Origin: Felis catus
Lineage: Eukaryota
Direction of reading: 5' to 3'
Length of the DNA: 64,000 bases
Assembly (NCBI RefSeq): GCF_018350175.1
Contig: NC_058383.1
Location: forward strand, 25,050,001-25,114,000
In this document: positions 38,135-50,734 of the stretch, one piece after another
Numbering within the stretch: the stretch's first letter is position 1
How the letters are laid out: the number at the start of each line of letters is the position of its first letter
Translations under genes and position numbers: made by a program
Notes under the pieces: generated by a model
Database searches by the model: none
The model's input: only the letters and a program-made list of their open reading frames with translations
What the model was told of the DNA's origin: nothing

Positions 38135-38524
38135 CAGCAAAATAAATTATATTTTAAGTTTTGCAATTCTAGTATCGTTAATATACAGTGTTACATTCGA
38201 TTCAGGTGCACATATAGTGATTCAACAATGCTGTACATTACTCAGGGTTTGTCATGGAAAGTGTACTCTTTAATCCCCATCACCCACTTCTCCCATCACC
38301 CCACCCACCTCCCCTCTGGTAACCATCACTTTATTCTCTAAAATTAGGAATCTGTTTTTTGGTACATCTCTCTTTTTTCCCCTTTGTTCATTTGTTTTGT
38401 TTCTTAAATTCCACATGAGTGAAATTATATGGTATTTACCTTTCACTTAGCATCATATCCTCTCTATCAACCCATGTTGTTGCAAATGGCAAGATATCAT
38501 TCCTTTTTATGGCTGAATAATATT

Positions 38525-38555
<31 letters not shown>

Positions 38556-39305
38556 AGATATATAGATATAGATATACAGATATAGATATAGATGTCACCT
38601 CTTCTTTATCCATTCATCTATGGATGGACACTTGGGCTGCTTCCATAATTTGGCTATTATAAATAATGCTGCAGTAAACACAGGGGTGCATATATCCTTT
38701 AGTAGTAGTTTTTTGTTGTTGTTGTTCTGTATCCTTTGGGTAAATACCTAGTAGTGCAATCACTGCCTCATAGGTTAGTTCTATTTTCAATTATCTGAGG
38801 AAATTCCATACTGTTTTTCAAAATGGCTGCAGCAATTTGCATTCCCACCAAAAGTGCATGAGGGTTCCTTTTTCTCCACATCCTTGCCAACACTAGTTTT
38901 TTCTTGTCTTTTGATTTTAGCCATTCTGACAGGTGTAAGGTGATATCACATTGTAATTTTGATTTGCATTTCCCTGACCACGAATGATGTTGAGCATCTG
39001 TTCATCTGTCTGTTGGCCATCTTCTTTGTGGAAATGCCTATTCAGGACTTCGGCCCATTTGTAAATTGTATTATTTGTTTTCTGGCTGTTGAGTTGTATA
39101 ATTTCTTCATATATTTTGGGTACTAACCCTTTATCAGTTATGTCATTTGCAAATATCTTTTCCCATTTAGTAAGTTGTCTTTCAGTTTTGTTATTTGTTT
39201 CCATTGCTGAGCAGGAGCTATTTATTTTGATATAGTCCCAATAATTTAATTTTGTTTTTATTTCCTCTGCCTCAGGAGACATTCTAGAAAAATGTAGCCA
39301 TGGCC
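38135..39305 (-). mobile_element. L1 3' portion (ORF2 C-terminus and 3' UTR)
   Basis: MSPEAEEIKTKLNYWDYIKINSSC...WEKIFAND. Confidence 0.93.
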
Positions 39306-42300
39306 TAGTATAATAAAAACTTAGAACTATAACAAACTATAGAAAGAATTTCTTTTCTACTTGGTGATATTTCAACAACCATTTCTAAGGAAGAGAATTA
39401 AGGTAGATATCTTATTTTTGACGAAAAGTTATGTTTCCATTCTATTAAACAGATACAAAACTACCAATCTTCAATGATGGAAATGACACTTATTTTAAAT
39501 TAATAACTAATGTTCCATTTACTTGCAATTATTTTTTGTAAAGTCCAATAACCATAATAAAGTCCAGGATCACTCTGTTTCAGAGTTTCAGACAAAACAA
39601 AAGTAAAGGCAAAATCTTGGGACTAAAATATGCCTCTGACTCACCAGAAACACTGTAGAAATGTCTTATACATTCAGCTATTTCCTGAACTGACAATGCC
39701 ACCAAATCAGGTCCTATCATTTTTCCCACATCACCACCAACAAAGGTTTTCAAATCAGAAAGGAAGTGGGAGATGGCTAGAGAAAACACACAAGCAGCAA
39801 CATAAATTACCACAAACATTTCCAGAAAGTGCAAAAAGTGCTTCCTTGACCAGAGTCATTCCCTGAAGACATTGTAAAATTATAGCAGGTACTTGAGATG
39901 TCACAGAGAGATCTGAACAAAGCAAACAAAATCATACAATGTACTCAGACCACAGATGGCTCAAACTAGACATCAAGAACAAAGTTATTAGTTGGAGAAT
40001 GACCAAAAAATGAGATTAAACAACAAGCTTCTCAAAAACACATGGATTAGAGAGGAGTCGGGTGGGGGGATGGGTGAAAGAGAAGTAGATCAAGAGTACA
40101 CTATGATGAGCAACTGACAAGTGCATGAAATCACTGAATCATATTGAACACATGAAACTAATATTACACTGTATGTTAATTACAGTTGAATTTTTTAAAA
40201 AGCCCATATAGGTCAAAGAAGACATTTCTACAAAAATTGTAAAGTATTTCAATCTAAATGATAATGAAAATTGAATGTAGTAAAGGGAAATTTATAATAC
40301 TGAGTGCATATAAAAGGTCCTGTGGCTATAATATTTTCTGCTTACTTATGACTACAATTCTATCTATAAGGTACTTTAGTATACTCACAGTGAAAACAGT
40401 TCTCCAGAGGTATATTAGACAAGCACAAGTTCCCATGGAGGCAGTATTAATGTTATGTTTCCACAGAATTTCAAACACATCAGAGCCAAGGGGGAAATGG
40501 TCAGGCAAAATATGGACAGGCTGAGATAATATTGGAGACAATGAGGATTCTTAAAGATATTTACAATATATCTGTCACAAAGAATCATCTTTATGAACCC
40601 TCTACCAGCCTCCAGGAAGTTATAAGCACACCTCTCAAATGTCTCCTCATAGAGGATCAAGAGGAAAGATGGCTTACAAAGGAGCAGGAACAAACTTTTG
40701 GGGGTGATTACTGTGTTTGCTATCTTACTGTGGTGATGGTCTCATTGTTGCTTACATATGTCCAATATCAACAAACTATGTTCTTTAAAAAGGTGTTGTT
40801 ATTATATACAAATTATATGACACTGAAGCTGTAGGAAAAATAGACAACACTTAGAAATTTTACTTTGCTGACAAACACATTGCAACTGTGTTTTAATAGT
40901 AAGAATTTATAAGCCAATGTAAAACAGAAAAAGTAAGAAAATGCAAATTTATAGTAGATAAGAAGTCAATGAGTTCTATTGTACATTCATGAACTATGTG
41001 GATAAAATCCTTTGGAACATCTCCAAAATATGCCCCAAATTCATGGAAGAATGGGAGAAAGAAAAACAAAAAATGTACTAGAGATACAAATGAGATTGCT
41101 CTATAGAAAGAGGTTTACAGATACAGATATATCTGAGAGAGATGGGCAGCTGTTATCATAATAATATGGGATTATTATTCCAAAAAATAAATAAATTACA
41201 CATTATTGTTCACTTCTTGATGTTTTCTTTCAATGTTCACTTGATTCTGAATCATAGCTCAAGATGTCAGATTTCTGAGGTACATAAAGATTTGCATAAT
41301 CAGGTGATCTTGTATATTTTGATAATATCTGTGGGATTTTAAGTTACTTGAACACACATCTCCAAATAGCCAATGAAAGGAATTCATATTTCTATTTCAT
41401 GGTATTGTGCCAAAATTAATCGACAGCAACTCTGAAAATTCATTTCTAAAAGATTACAAAATTCCTGGATATGGTCACCAAAAGAGCAGAACACATACCA
41501 TTCTACAAAAATTGGACTTAGAAGTCTTTTAGGACCAAAACACTCGTGATGCAATTCATACTAATTCACATACCAAGCTTAATTTTGGCACATAAACCTG
41601 TCTAGAAAGTAGCCTCTGAAATCTATAACATTTTTGTATTCAGCTCTCAGAGATGAGGTCATGAAAATGTGTAATGGTGGGAAATATACACTGTCTTTGA
41701 GTAGACACTGTCTGAAAGAAAGCAGTAGCTGTCAGCACAATAGTTGGTCATGGGGCTCAAATGCACCAAGGACAGAGGCCATCTTGTCACGAAGGTAAAA
41801 CATCTTCAGACATGGGCACTCTTGGTGCATCTGGCCACTGTCTGGCTGCTGATATCAGTTGCTGCTTCTTAACTAGATTAGATCCAATGGGGCCAGTAAT
41901 GCTAGGTTCTCACAGTCAATGGCCATGAGTAGGTGGAGGTGGGAAATGCAAGACAAGTTAGTTTATGGAAGAATTCAGAGATGATGTAGGGAACGAGCTG
42001 ATCTCTGAGAGGCAGCCTAGGTACAGGGGAAAAATCTTAATAAAGACAATCAAGAATTTTCCTTCTTCATAGTCTCAAAGGAAAGAGAATAGATTCTATT
42101 TAGATTGGGGCATTCATGTGGAATGATCCTGCCTCAATGCAAGGGTTATTCCTGACTAATGGAACTTTCCTGATCCTACTCTAAGGATCTGGTACATGTC
42201 AATCTAAAGAAATCTACTTATGTCTATGGTGTTCCCTGTCTGTCTGTCTGCCTCTCTCACTCTCCTAGGGGTACAAGTTTTGCTTTTCAATGAAAGAGTG

Positions 42301-43639
42301 AAATAGTCACACTGGGAACCAGGTATTTCATTATATTTGGGACAATCCTAAGGACATTCAGAACCCTTCTTGCTTTGAATAAATCAACACTCTGCACATA
42401 CTTAGCTAAAGAAAGGACAACAATTCACTCACTTCCTGATCATGTCACTCCTAGTGATTTTCCTATTGTAAATGTCCAAGCAAGATGCAGCCACTTAGTT
42501 TCTGCTGGGCTTAGGAGGCTCCTATCAACACAGTTGGACACAGAGTCCCTGGGGGCAGCCTCCAAGACCAGAGGCAAAGGGATGATTCAGAAGTTGCTAA
42601 AAGTCAACAAACCAGGAAGCACAGAGCTCAAAGACATTTCACTTTTTAACACTCTAGTACCAACACCAATGCTCCAGTTACCACTGTTGCCAGGGCTACC
42701 AAACTTCACAAATATGAACAATGTGCTGATAGGAAAATGAACTACGTATAAGATGGACCCTAAGCTTACAAAGCTTGAAGCAGGGTCTTAACAGGGCTTC
42801 CAGGAGCCAGTCTAATACCCATAGTTCCTATTAAATAAGAGTTCTTGACATTTTTAAAAACAACTTCAATGAAATAATTCACACATCATAGAAACACCTA
42901 TTTAAGTCAATTAGCTCAATAGCTTTTTTAGTATCTTCACAAATCTTTCCTTCTTGACACTATAAACCTACTATGTTTGGGTTTACATCCTGTCAACGTT
43001 GCTCTTTCTGGACCAAGCAGCACAGACAGGACCCAGAACTTGATGTGGACAGCTGTAGCCACAACCACTTCTGGCTGGTGGAGAAACCTGTCCTGTGGTC
43101 CTCAGTCTTCAGGAAGAAATGAAGTTCTTCTGAAGGTCCTATCAAAAGCCCCATGGAAAAGCTGTTGTTTAACCACAGTGTGAAAGAACCCAATATATTG
43201 GAAGGAAGAATCCACCAATGTCCCATGTTTACTCACATTTGTGTTTGGGTAACTGGGACACCCAAACACAAGGAGCCAGAAAAACAGCCTCTGCACCTTC
43301 CTGTCCTGGTCCTTTAAGGGGATTCTAGGGTTCCAGGCAGGAGGTGGAGACGGGGGATGGGGTGTAGGTGGGCAAGGGAGGAGTGGGGAGGGGTGGGAAA
43401 GGGGGGAGGTGTATAAAAACGGGGTGGGGTTAAGGAAGGGGTATGTCAGGAGAAGAAGGGGGTCAGGGACAGGACCAGGATCAGATCAAGTATAAGAGGG
43501 GAGGGGGGAGGGTTCACACAGGTTAGTAGGTCAGCAGGTCAGTAAATCACTAGGTGAGCAGGACACAAACAGCAGGTTAACTGGACTCTCAGGAGCAGGT
43601 GGAGCAGAGGAAGATCCTTCTTCTTCCAAGGCCTCACCA

Positions 43640-43790
43640 GACTGTCTGGGTGTTGCCTTAGCAACCCAGAACCTTTATACTCTCTCTCGGCCAATCAGCT
43701 GCTCTCACCCCTGGTAGAGCAATATGGACACCCCATGTGACCTCATTTTTAAAAAGCCGCTTCCCGCCTGGTGCACCACCACGTGCCATC
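43640..43790 (-). promoter_or_regulatory. Promoter-like motif cluster: E-box, E2F-like site, CCAAT, TATA, RFX X-box
   Basis: CACGTG 43780-43785; GGCGGGAA 43768-43761; CCAAT 43691-43695; TATAAA 43679-43674 (minus); GTTGCCTTAGCAAC 43652-43665. Confidence 0.6.
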
Positions 43791-46345
43791 CCAACAACAG
43801 TTCCTCTCTGGAAACTTGGCCAGCCTTCTGGTTTCTGGGCCCTCCCAGCCCAGCTCCCTGTCACCTCTTCTGAGTGTTCTCTCCTTCCTTTCTGAACTCC
43901 CATCTCCCATGGGCAATAGCTGAACAACAGAGAAAGCAAAGGAGGACAGAACTGCAAGAACAATCAAATACGCAAGCAGACAGGAAGGTTTAACCCTTTC
44001 TCAGCAAGTCAAAGCAGATAGAACATCCATAAGATAGAGATCTTGATAGCAAACCATCTGAATCCCACAGCTATATCCATATATGTGTCCACATGTACAT
44101 AACACTGTAGAGGACACATTCACTTTAGGCACAGAGGATACAGTTACAAAAATTCACCCTATTTATTATGGCCATAAGGGAAATTTCAAAGGAATGAAAT
44201 GATTTCAGAGGAAGGAAATCACACAAAGCATGTTTTGGTAATACAATGTGCTAGAAATCACTAATAAAGAGGTAACTAGAAATTCCCATATGCTTAGAAA
44301 TTGAGAAGTTCCTCTAGAAGTAGAAGATGAATCAAGAAATCCCAAAGAAAAAGAGCTATATTTGAACTAAATGATAGGAGCATGATAAAAATGTAATCAA
44401 AAATGTCTCCTGGCCTGGAATATCCTGGAATATTGGTGTGAGAAGATTGTCTGGTCCCCACGTCAGCTCTAATTGACCTAGACATTTTAACACCACAAAC
44501 AGTGGTAGATCTGTCACTTATCTGTGTGACCCTCTGACCGATTAACATGGGCTGTACATTATGAACCTTACAGGGGGAGAATTCAACTGACTCACATGGG
44601 ATCTCCTGAGGTCTCCAGGAATGAGAGCATTCTAAGAAAAATAGTTCATCAGCTTCCCTCCTGAGGGACCTGGGACAACACCCAGATTGTTGGCAGCACC
44701 AGCTGTGCTGGGCAGGGAGGGCCAAGCAGGTGGGCAGGGGCCAGGGACCCAGGTGACTAGACAAACCCACTGTGATCATCTCTCCTGGGCCCTGTCCTGA
44801 GCTGAGCTTCCTAAATAGTTCCCTACATGATTGACACAATGTTTCCCCAACTCATTCAGGCCCAAGGCAGCTGAAAATCATTGCTCTGAACCCCCTCGCT
44901 TTTATTTTTATGTAAATGTATTGTAACAGGACCCATTCTGGCACTGCTAAATACCTAAATACAAAGAAACCATACAAAACAAGCAAAACCAAACCAGAAC
45001 AGGTGTAAAAACCCAATAGTGTTCAATTTCGTTTAGATGCTGCTGCCTGCCTAATGAGCCCCAGTGTTGGGCTGTCCTGGTCTCCTGGTCTCAAGGAGAG
45101 ACCAGCTACAGAAGAGGTAGAGTCCGACTGGCCTAAAAGTGAATGGGAGAGAGGGCCCTGACTATAAGGGGGCCTAGGGAATTCCATGAAGCATGGCCAG
45201 GGTCATCCCGAGTATAACTGCAGCAGGGATCAGGGAAAGAAGAAGCAGTTAACAGAGTGTGGGGGCCTTGAACAAGTGAGATCATTCATGGAGGTGAGGA
45301 AGTGTCCCCAAAGCCAAAGTCAGCCTCCCATCTGGGGAGTCCTTCGTGGTCCCTGGGGGTAGGGCCAGGAGCCTAGTGAGATCCAACTCTGCTGCTTACC
45401 AGCTGTGTGACCCTGGGCTGGTGTCCTTCAGTAAAATGGGAGTGGCCATGCCGGTGTCCAGAACTGCGCTGAGGACAAGAGAAAGCCACGTGCTGAGCAC
45501 TAGTGGATATCAGTGTCATCACCTCCATGAGGCATGTGCCTTCCCAGTCTGGTGCCTTATATTTGCCCAGCTGTTAAAGGTAACACAGGTGGAAACCACA
45601 GTTCCCTCCAGTTTCAGGCCTGTGCTAAGCCTTTTCCTTTGCAGACATCATCTCTCAGGACCCAGTGGTCGGTACCATCTCCAACCCCTTGCACAGATGG
45701 GGAACCGGGCTCAGAGCCCTCACAGGGAAGGCTGTACCCAGGCAGAGAAAAGGCTCACTGCTGACTTGGGTCTGGGAGGGGACGTTGGGAGAGGGGAAGC
45801 TGGGGCCTGGAGACTCCAGAGGGAGGAGAGGCCACGGAGATGCTTGGCACCACAACCCAGCTTTGCTCCAGGTCACCCTGTACAGAAGATGAGCCAAACC
45901 AGGCAGCAAGGTCACAGCCCGGCTCCTCCAACTCAGGATGACGGCCATTCATCTGTGTGGTGACCATAATGCTGTCATATACTAGTCCTGATGATGCCAT
46001 TAGTGCTATTGTTGTGGGAGAGGGCACAGCCCACTCTGACACACCCCAAGGGTCCTGGGGAGACTCACCTCACTTGATCTGGCCCCATGAAGCACTCTCA
46101 CCTAAGTGTACCCTGTCCCTACCCTGTGCCCCTATCCCTGTGGCCACCATACCCTGGCCACTCTCTGGAGTCTAGGCCTAGGCACAACCCTCAATAAGGC
46201 ACTGACATGGGGCAGGTGCCCAGCAGTGGGTTGGATCCATGAAAACACCCCTTCAATGACAACTGAGATGGGCAGGTCATGCCAGAGTCTGTGCACCCCT
46301 TCTTCTTGTCGTGGCCTCCACTGGAGTGCCAGAGCTGTCCTGGAC

Positions 46346-46346
<1 letters not shown>

Positions 46347-46391
<45 letters not shown>

Positions 46392-46700
46392 CTGCATTGT
46401 GCCCCTGTGAGTTCTGTGTCTGTGGGTATAGTGACTGTGGACATGAGTTTTCTGCCTTTCGACTACCCGAGAGTCTTCTGTGTATGCATGTGTATCTGTG
46501 TCTGTGTCTCTGAATGAGGGTATGTTTGCTGTGTAATTCTCTGTCTGTGGCTATATTATATTGTTGGGTCACATGTATCCCTGAGGGAGTATCTGTATGC
46601 ATCTGTGTTTCCTGTCTGTGTGTGTATTGGTTGCATGTGTGTGAATCTGTGGCTCCTTTTGGTGTTCCTGATCATACCTGTATGTGTATGTGTGTGTGTT

Positions 46701-46732
<32 letters not shown>

Positions 46733-46827
46733 CCAGTGTGTGTTGAGGTTGTTTCATGGGGCTATTTCATGTGACCCTGAAGGAGTGTGTGTACCCCTTT
46801 GTGTGTGTGTGTATCCCTCTGTGTGTA

Positions 46828-46876
<49 letters not shown>

Positions 46877-47040
46877 TCCTCTCAGGGTGTCATTGGCTAT
46901 GTCTGCAGTCTGGGTCTGTCTGTGAGCCTGTCCATGAGCCCTATACCTGAGTCCCAGATGATGCTGTGGGTGGTTCCATGTCTGTGTGTATCTGTGCTTG
47001 TGGTGTCTGTTTCTTTCTCTGTGCATGTGTGTGTCTGTGC
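46347..47040. repeat. (GT)n microsatellites within TG-rich low-complexity sequence
   Basis: Pure tracts at ~46347-46388, 46705-46731 and 46830-46874. Confidence 0.95.
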
Positions 47041-47519
47041 ACCTCAGAAGTAAGTAACTACAGAGGGAACCCTTCAAGGGTGATCCTGGGGTGGGTGAGC
47101 AAAAGACAATATGTGCTTCCCCTACCCTCAGGCTCAGCTCCCTCTGCCCATTTTTCTCCCATCCTCCAATGCCCCCCACTTCGGGTGCCATCTCGGTCTC
47201 CAAGGATGGATGGAGTGAAGGGCAGCTCACAGGACCACAGGCCAGTAGCAGGGAGGGCTGCGGATGGCAGGAGGAGGTTATAAAGTGTGGGGAGGGCTCC
47301 TAGACCCTGGTGAGGCTGAGAGATACCTAGGCCCTGGGAAGGGTGAGTGAGTGGGGGCCCCAAGGCAGGGCTGGGGAAATAGAGCTCCTGGGCCCCATGG
47401 AAGGAATGCAGGATTGGGCACCCCGGAAAAGAGCTGGAGGAGTCCTGCAGGACTCCTGAGTCCCCAAAGGGCAGATCCTTCACTCACCTGTGCTGGTGCA
47501 GGCTGAGGCCAGGAAGTGG

Positions 47520-47520
<1 letters not shown>

Positions 47521-47557
<37 letters not shown>
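47521..47557. repeat. (AGC)12 / (CTG)n trinucleotide repeat
   Basis: Directly visible, uninterrupted. Confidence 0.98.
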
Positions 47558-47558
<1 letters not shown>

Positions 47559-47914
47559 TCAGAGGCAGTGGCAGCAGATCCGTGGAATGGTGGATGGAGC
47601 AGGGAGCCATGGTCTTGCGAACAAGTGGAATCACCACTCTGGGCTGCCCTCGGCCCTTTCCCCCTTCCCTGGCCACCTCACTATCTCTGGCCCTGGCCTC
47701 ATCCTCAGCAGGGCATGGTCAAGCCAGACAGAGATGGACACCTGGGGCCACAGGAATGTCCCCCTGACCTCTGTGTCCTAGTTGTTGAATGGGCATAAGG
47801 AGTCACCCAGGGCCCCTGGAACCAGGAGGGAGAATCTGGCACCAGAGTTTTCTCTGATGGAACTTGGGGAGAATTATGGAGGGATAGCATTTAGTGCCAG
47901 TTTATTCACAGAAT

Positions 47915-47962
47915 AAAAGCACAACACAAGGTCGCCTCGGATGCTGATGTCAATGTTTTATT
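47915..47962 (-). terminator. ACSM1: ACSM1 polyadenylation signal with GU/U-rich downstream element
   Basis: Minus-strand AATAAA at 47962-47957, ~210 nt after the stop, followed by ccttgtgttgtgcttttattctgtg; a second AATAAA lies at 47906-47901. Confidence 0.7.
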
Positions 47963-48174
47963 ACCAGACCACATTTGGAGCACTTACCCAGGGATGTGGA
48001 GGGAAGACAATAACATATTAATTTAAGAGAACAAAAATGCTAGAACATGGGCACTCCTGATGCTCTTGCAAAACAGTGCTCTACATTCCCCTCCTCACCC
48101 TCTCCATAGTGGGGAAACTGAGGCAGCCAAGGATGTGGTCAAGATTACAGAGTGGTTTCTGAGTGTTTTGCTGA

Positions 48175-48261
48175 TTACATCTGACCAAACTCCTTTTTCC
48201 GAAGTTCACTTCTCTTAATCTTGCCAGTGACGGTTTTGGGCAGCTCTGGGACAAATTCCAC
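48175..48261 (-). CDS. ACSM1: ACSM1 terminal coding exon: [28 protein letters not shown]
   Basis: aaccag|GTG...TAA; PKTxTGKI motif with the catalytic Lys; the C-terminus ELRKKExGQM matches ACSM1 rather than ACSM2 or ACSM4. Confidence 0.96.
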   Translation of the reverse strand: MEFVPELPKTVTGKIKRSELRKKEFGQM

Positions 48262-48739
48262 CTGGTTGAGGATGAAGCAAACCCATCCTGACTTAGTCCT
48301 GCTATCATTTACTACCAATGCCCCACCTCCCTTCTTTGCCTTTGCACAGTCCCCCAGACAGGCTGGCACCATGTAGTGGCCTCACTAGGCTCCACCAAGT
48401 ATGTCACACTGTCCTTTGACCCACTAAGCTGGACGTAGCCCTGTGACATGCTCTGACCAGTGAAATGTGAGTGGGAGTGAAGTGTGCCACCTTGAACACA
48501 ACACTTGGGAACAACTGCATCTGACCACCTCTCTGTCCATCTCTTATGTCACCTGGTAGTTACCTCTGATGGGTGCTCTTTTATCCTGGTCCCAGGGGGA
48601 CCATGGTGGACATGTGGTATGAGCAAGGAAGAAACTTCCCTTATTATAAGGTTCTAAGATTTTGGGGCTATTTGTTACCCACAATAACCTCTAGTCCATC
48701 CTAACTTTCATGCATCCTCTGTTTTCCTCCTAAGAGGCA

Positions 48740-48980
48740 GGACAGCCCAACATTCAAACATGATCTCTTGTCAGATACACGTGGGTCTGAGTTCCAGCTC
48801 CATCCTTTTATTAACTCCAACCTCAGGCAATTTACTGGGAGTCTCTGAGCCTCCGTTTCTGCTCCGTAAAATGGGTGGTTACAGCATCTCAGGTTTGAAG
48901 AGGATTAAATCAAATAGTAAAAATGTAAATCTTTGAGTTCAGGTCCTGGTACACATAGTGAATGCCAATAAATGTTAGCC
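48740..48980. mobile_element. MIR element (similar copies at ~36930-37200, 50340-50520, 51300-51520)
   Basis: MIR core tctctgagcctccgtttctgctccgtaaaatggg...gaggattaaat. Confidence 0.7.
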
Positions 48981-49739
48981 GTATAGCTTTATGTCCTGAT
49001 TGTAAACATTCAGAAAATGCAGCAACGTATTATTACAAAAGAAGGAAATGTTAATTTGTGGCATATGTATCCTTTCAAACTGTTGTTTTCCAACAAATAT
49101 GATATTAGGTATATTCATTTACAGTCTGCTTTTTTCTCTTAATAAGATACTGTGATGTTTTCAAGTTACAAATAAAAGATCTGCATTGTCTTTTTAAATT
49201 ATAGGACTACATTAAATACCATAAATAATGTAATCATTTCTCTATTCCTGAACACTTCCATAGGTTGCACATGGCCTTGAAAACAAATGAAGTAGAATAA
49301 AAACTCTCAGAATGTATTGTATGTTAGAACTAATATTACTTTGTTAGCCTTTATTTGTTATGTATCTATACATGTACTGGGTTGCAATTTAGAATGTATT
49401 TCTTACTACGAATAATGTTTTTAAAATGTGTAGCAGTTATTGATTGGAATTTCTTTTCCAAGTGTTCAAAGATTACAAATAATCTTGATGTCTCTGGGCA
49501 CTTGTCTCAATTTTTTTCTTTACGTTGACCTGCCAGCCATGTTTTTGACACAGGACAAAGTTTCCCTCTGATTAAGTTGGTTCCCCCATATCACTGAGTT
49601 GAACTGCTTCTTCTGCATAGGAAAATGTTCATTCTGTTGGCTACATAAGCTTCTCCTTGGCCACCCTAGCGGATTTGGGGCAGCAGAGCCCCAGGAACCA
49701 CTGGCAGGGACCACATCCCATCCATCTGCCCTCACTCAC

Positions 49740-49859
49740 CTTCCTCGGGTACTTATATGGGGCTGTCACTGACTTCACATGCTGCTGCAGCTCCTGGGTG
49801 AGCTGGTCCTGGTCACGGGAGAGGAATTCCGGGGTCAGGACAATAAATGCCTTCACCAC
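49740..49859 (-). CDS. ACSM1: ACSM1 exon, 120 nt: [40 protein letters not shown]
   Basis: ctacag|GTG...AAG|gtgagt; TAPYKYPRK is characteristic of ACSM proteins. Confidence 0.97.
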
Positions 49860-50734
49860 CTGTAGTGCAGAACCAGGGTGAAGGCTCAGGCTGAGTGGCA
49901 ACCAATTGTATAGTTTAAAAAGTAAATGTTTATTAAGTAAATGGAAAAACAAGGGAAGAGTTGAGCCTTTGCAGAAGATAACGACCAGTTTCCATACTTC
50001 CAATTTCTACTCTTTGTCTTAGAAAATAACCTCTCAGCCTCCATTTCCTTCTCAGTGATGTGGGGATAGCACAGCTTCACCCCTCGTTGCACTTATGTCA
50101 AGATTCATTGAGATATTACATGCAAAACATGAAGCCAGTTTAAATTATTTGTATTCCTATCATTATCATCACCATTTTTACTATTATTGTAGATAGAGTT
50201 CTGTGGGCATGAAATAAATGTTGGTAATTAGATAGTTTTATATTACTTATGTCCCTATTACAGGGCACAGGGCCTTGTACATAGTAGGTAGTCAGCACAC
50301 AGCTGTTGAACCAATGAATGCATGATCCAGAGAAGGATTACTCAAATTCCCATTCCACCTCCACCACTTAAGAGCTTTGTGATCAGGCAAGTTACTTAAT
50401 CTCTTTATGCTTGTTTCTTTACTGTAAAAAAGGATATCAGAATCCTTAAAGAATTAGGCTGTTGTGAGGGGGAAATGAGTTGGCACAGAGCAAGGGCTCA
50501 TTCAACAGCAGATTGGAGGCCTCAGTGTGCAGGATTCACAAGCACCATTTTGTCACAGTTTTGGCCCAGTGCCCTCTGGTGACCACACAGTGTAAATGCA
50601 CATGCAGATGCTCTCTGCCCTCCCTTCACCTTAGGTGGGAGGCTGGGAAAATAGGGCCTGGGGGATGTCTTTCTTGCACCGGCCTTCCAGGTGCCCACAC
50701 ACAGACAAGATGACCTCTGTGTCCTCCTCCTTAC

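Larger units (their letters stand above)
46191..47558 (-). other. Candidate two-exon secreted Cys-rich peptide gene or pseudogene (47558-47488 + 46320-46191; 66 aa)
   Basis: ATG-(CTG)11 hydrophobic leader, CAG|gtgagt donor, ctccag acceptor in matching phase, four Cys in exon 2. Confidence 0.35.

Noticed and set aside
39690..39730. GPDL resembling the TANGO1 transmembrane exon GPDFYGLPW
   Set aside because: Downstream length and residues do not match, so the TM exon is not claimed
1..44000. ACSM4 or other ACSM paralog exons expected downstream of ACSM1
   Set aside because: No ACSM motifs recognised outside 48175-60611
45346..45963. 205-aa plus-strand ORF
   Set aside because: GTG start, begins in MIR-like sequence, no recognisable protein features
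46205..46230. PLLGTC identical to a hexapeptide in TNFRSF13B/TACI
   Set aside because: Surrounding Cys spacing and gene structure do not fit TACI
46100..47283. Multiple CVCV/HTHT ORFs
   Set aside because: Artefacts of (GT)n microsatellites
47490..47798. Plus-strand poly-Gln and poly-Ala ORFs
   Set aside because: Frames are held open by the trinucleotide repeat; no recognisable domain, and the splice signals point to the minus strand
47912..47917. Plus-strand AATAAA suggesting a convergent gene
   Set aside because: Explained as the complement of the U-rich downstream element of the ACSM1 poly(A) site; no plus-strand exons found
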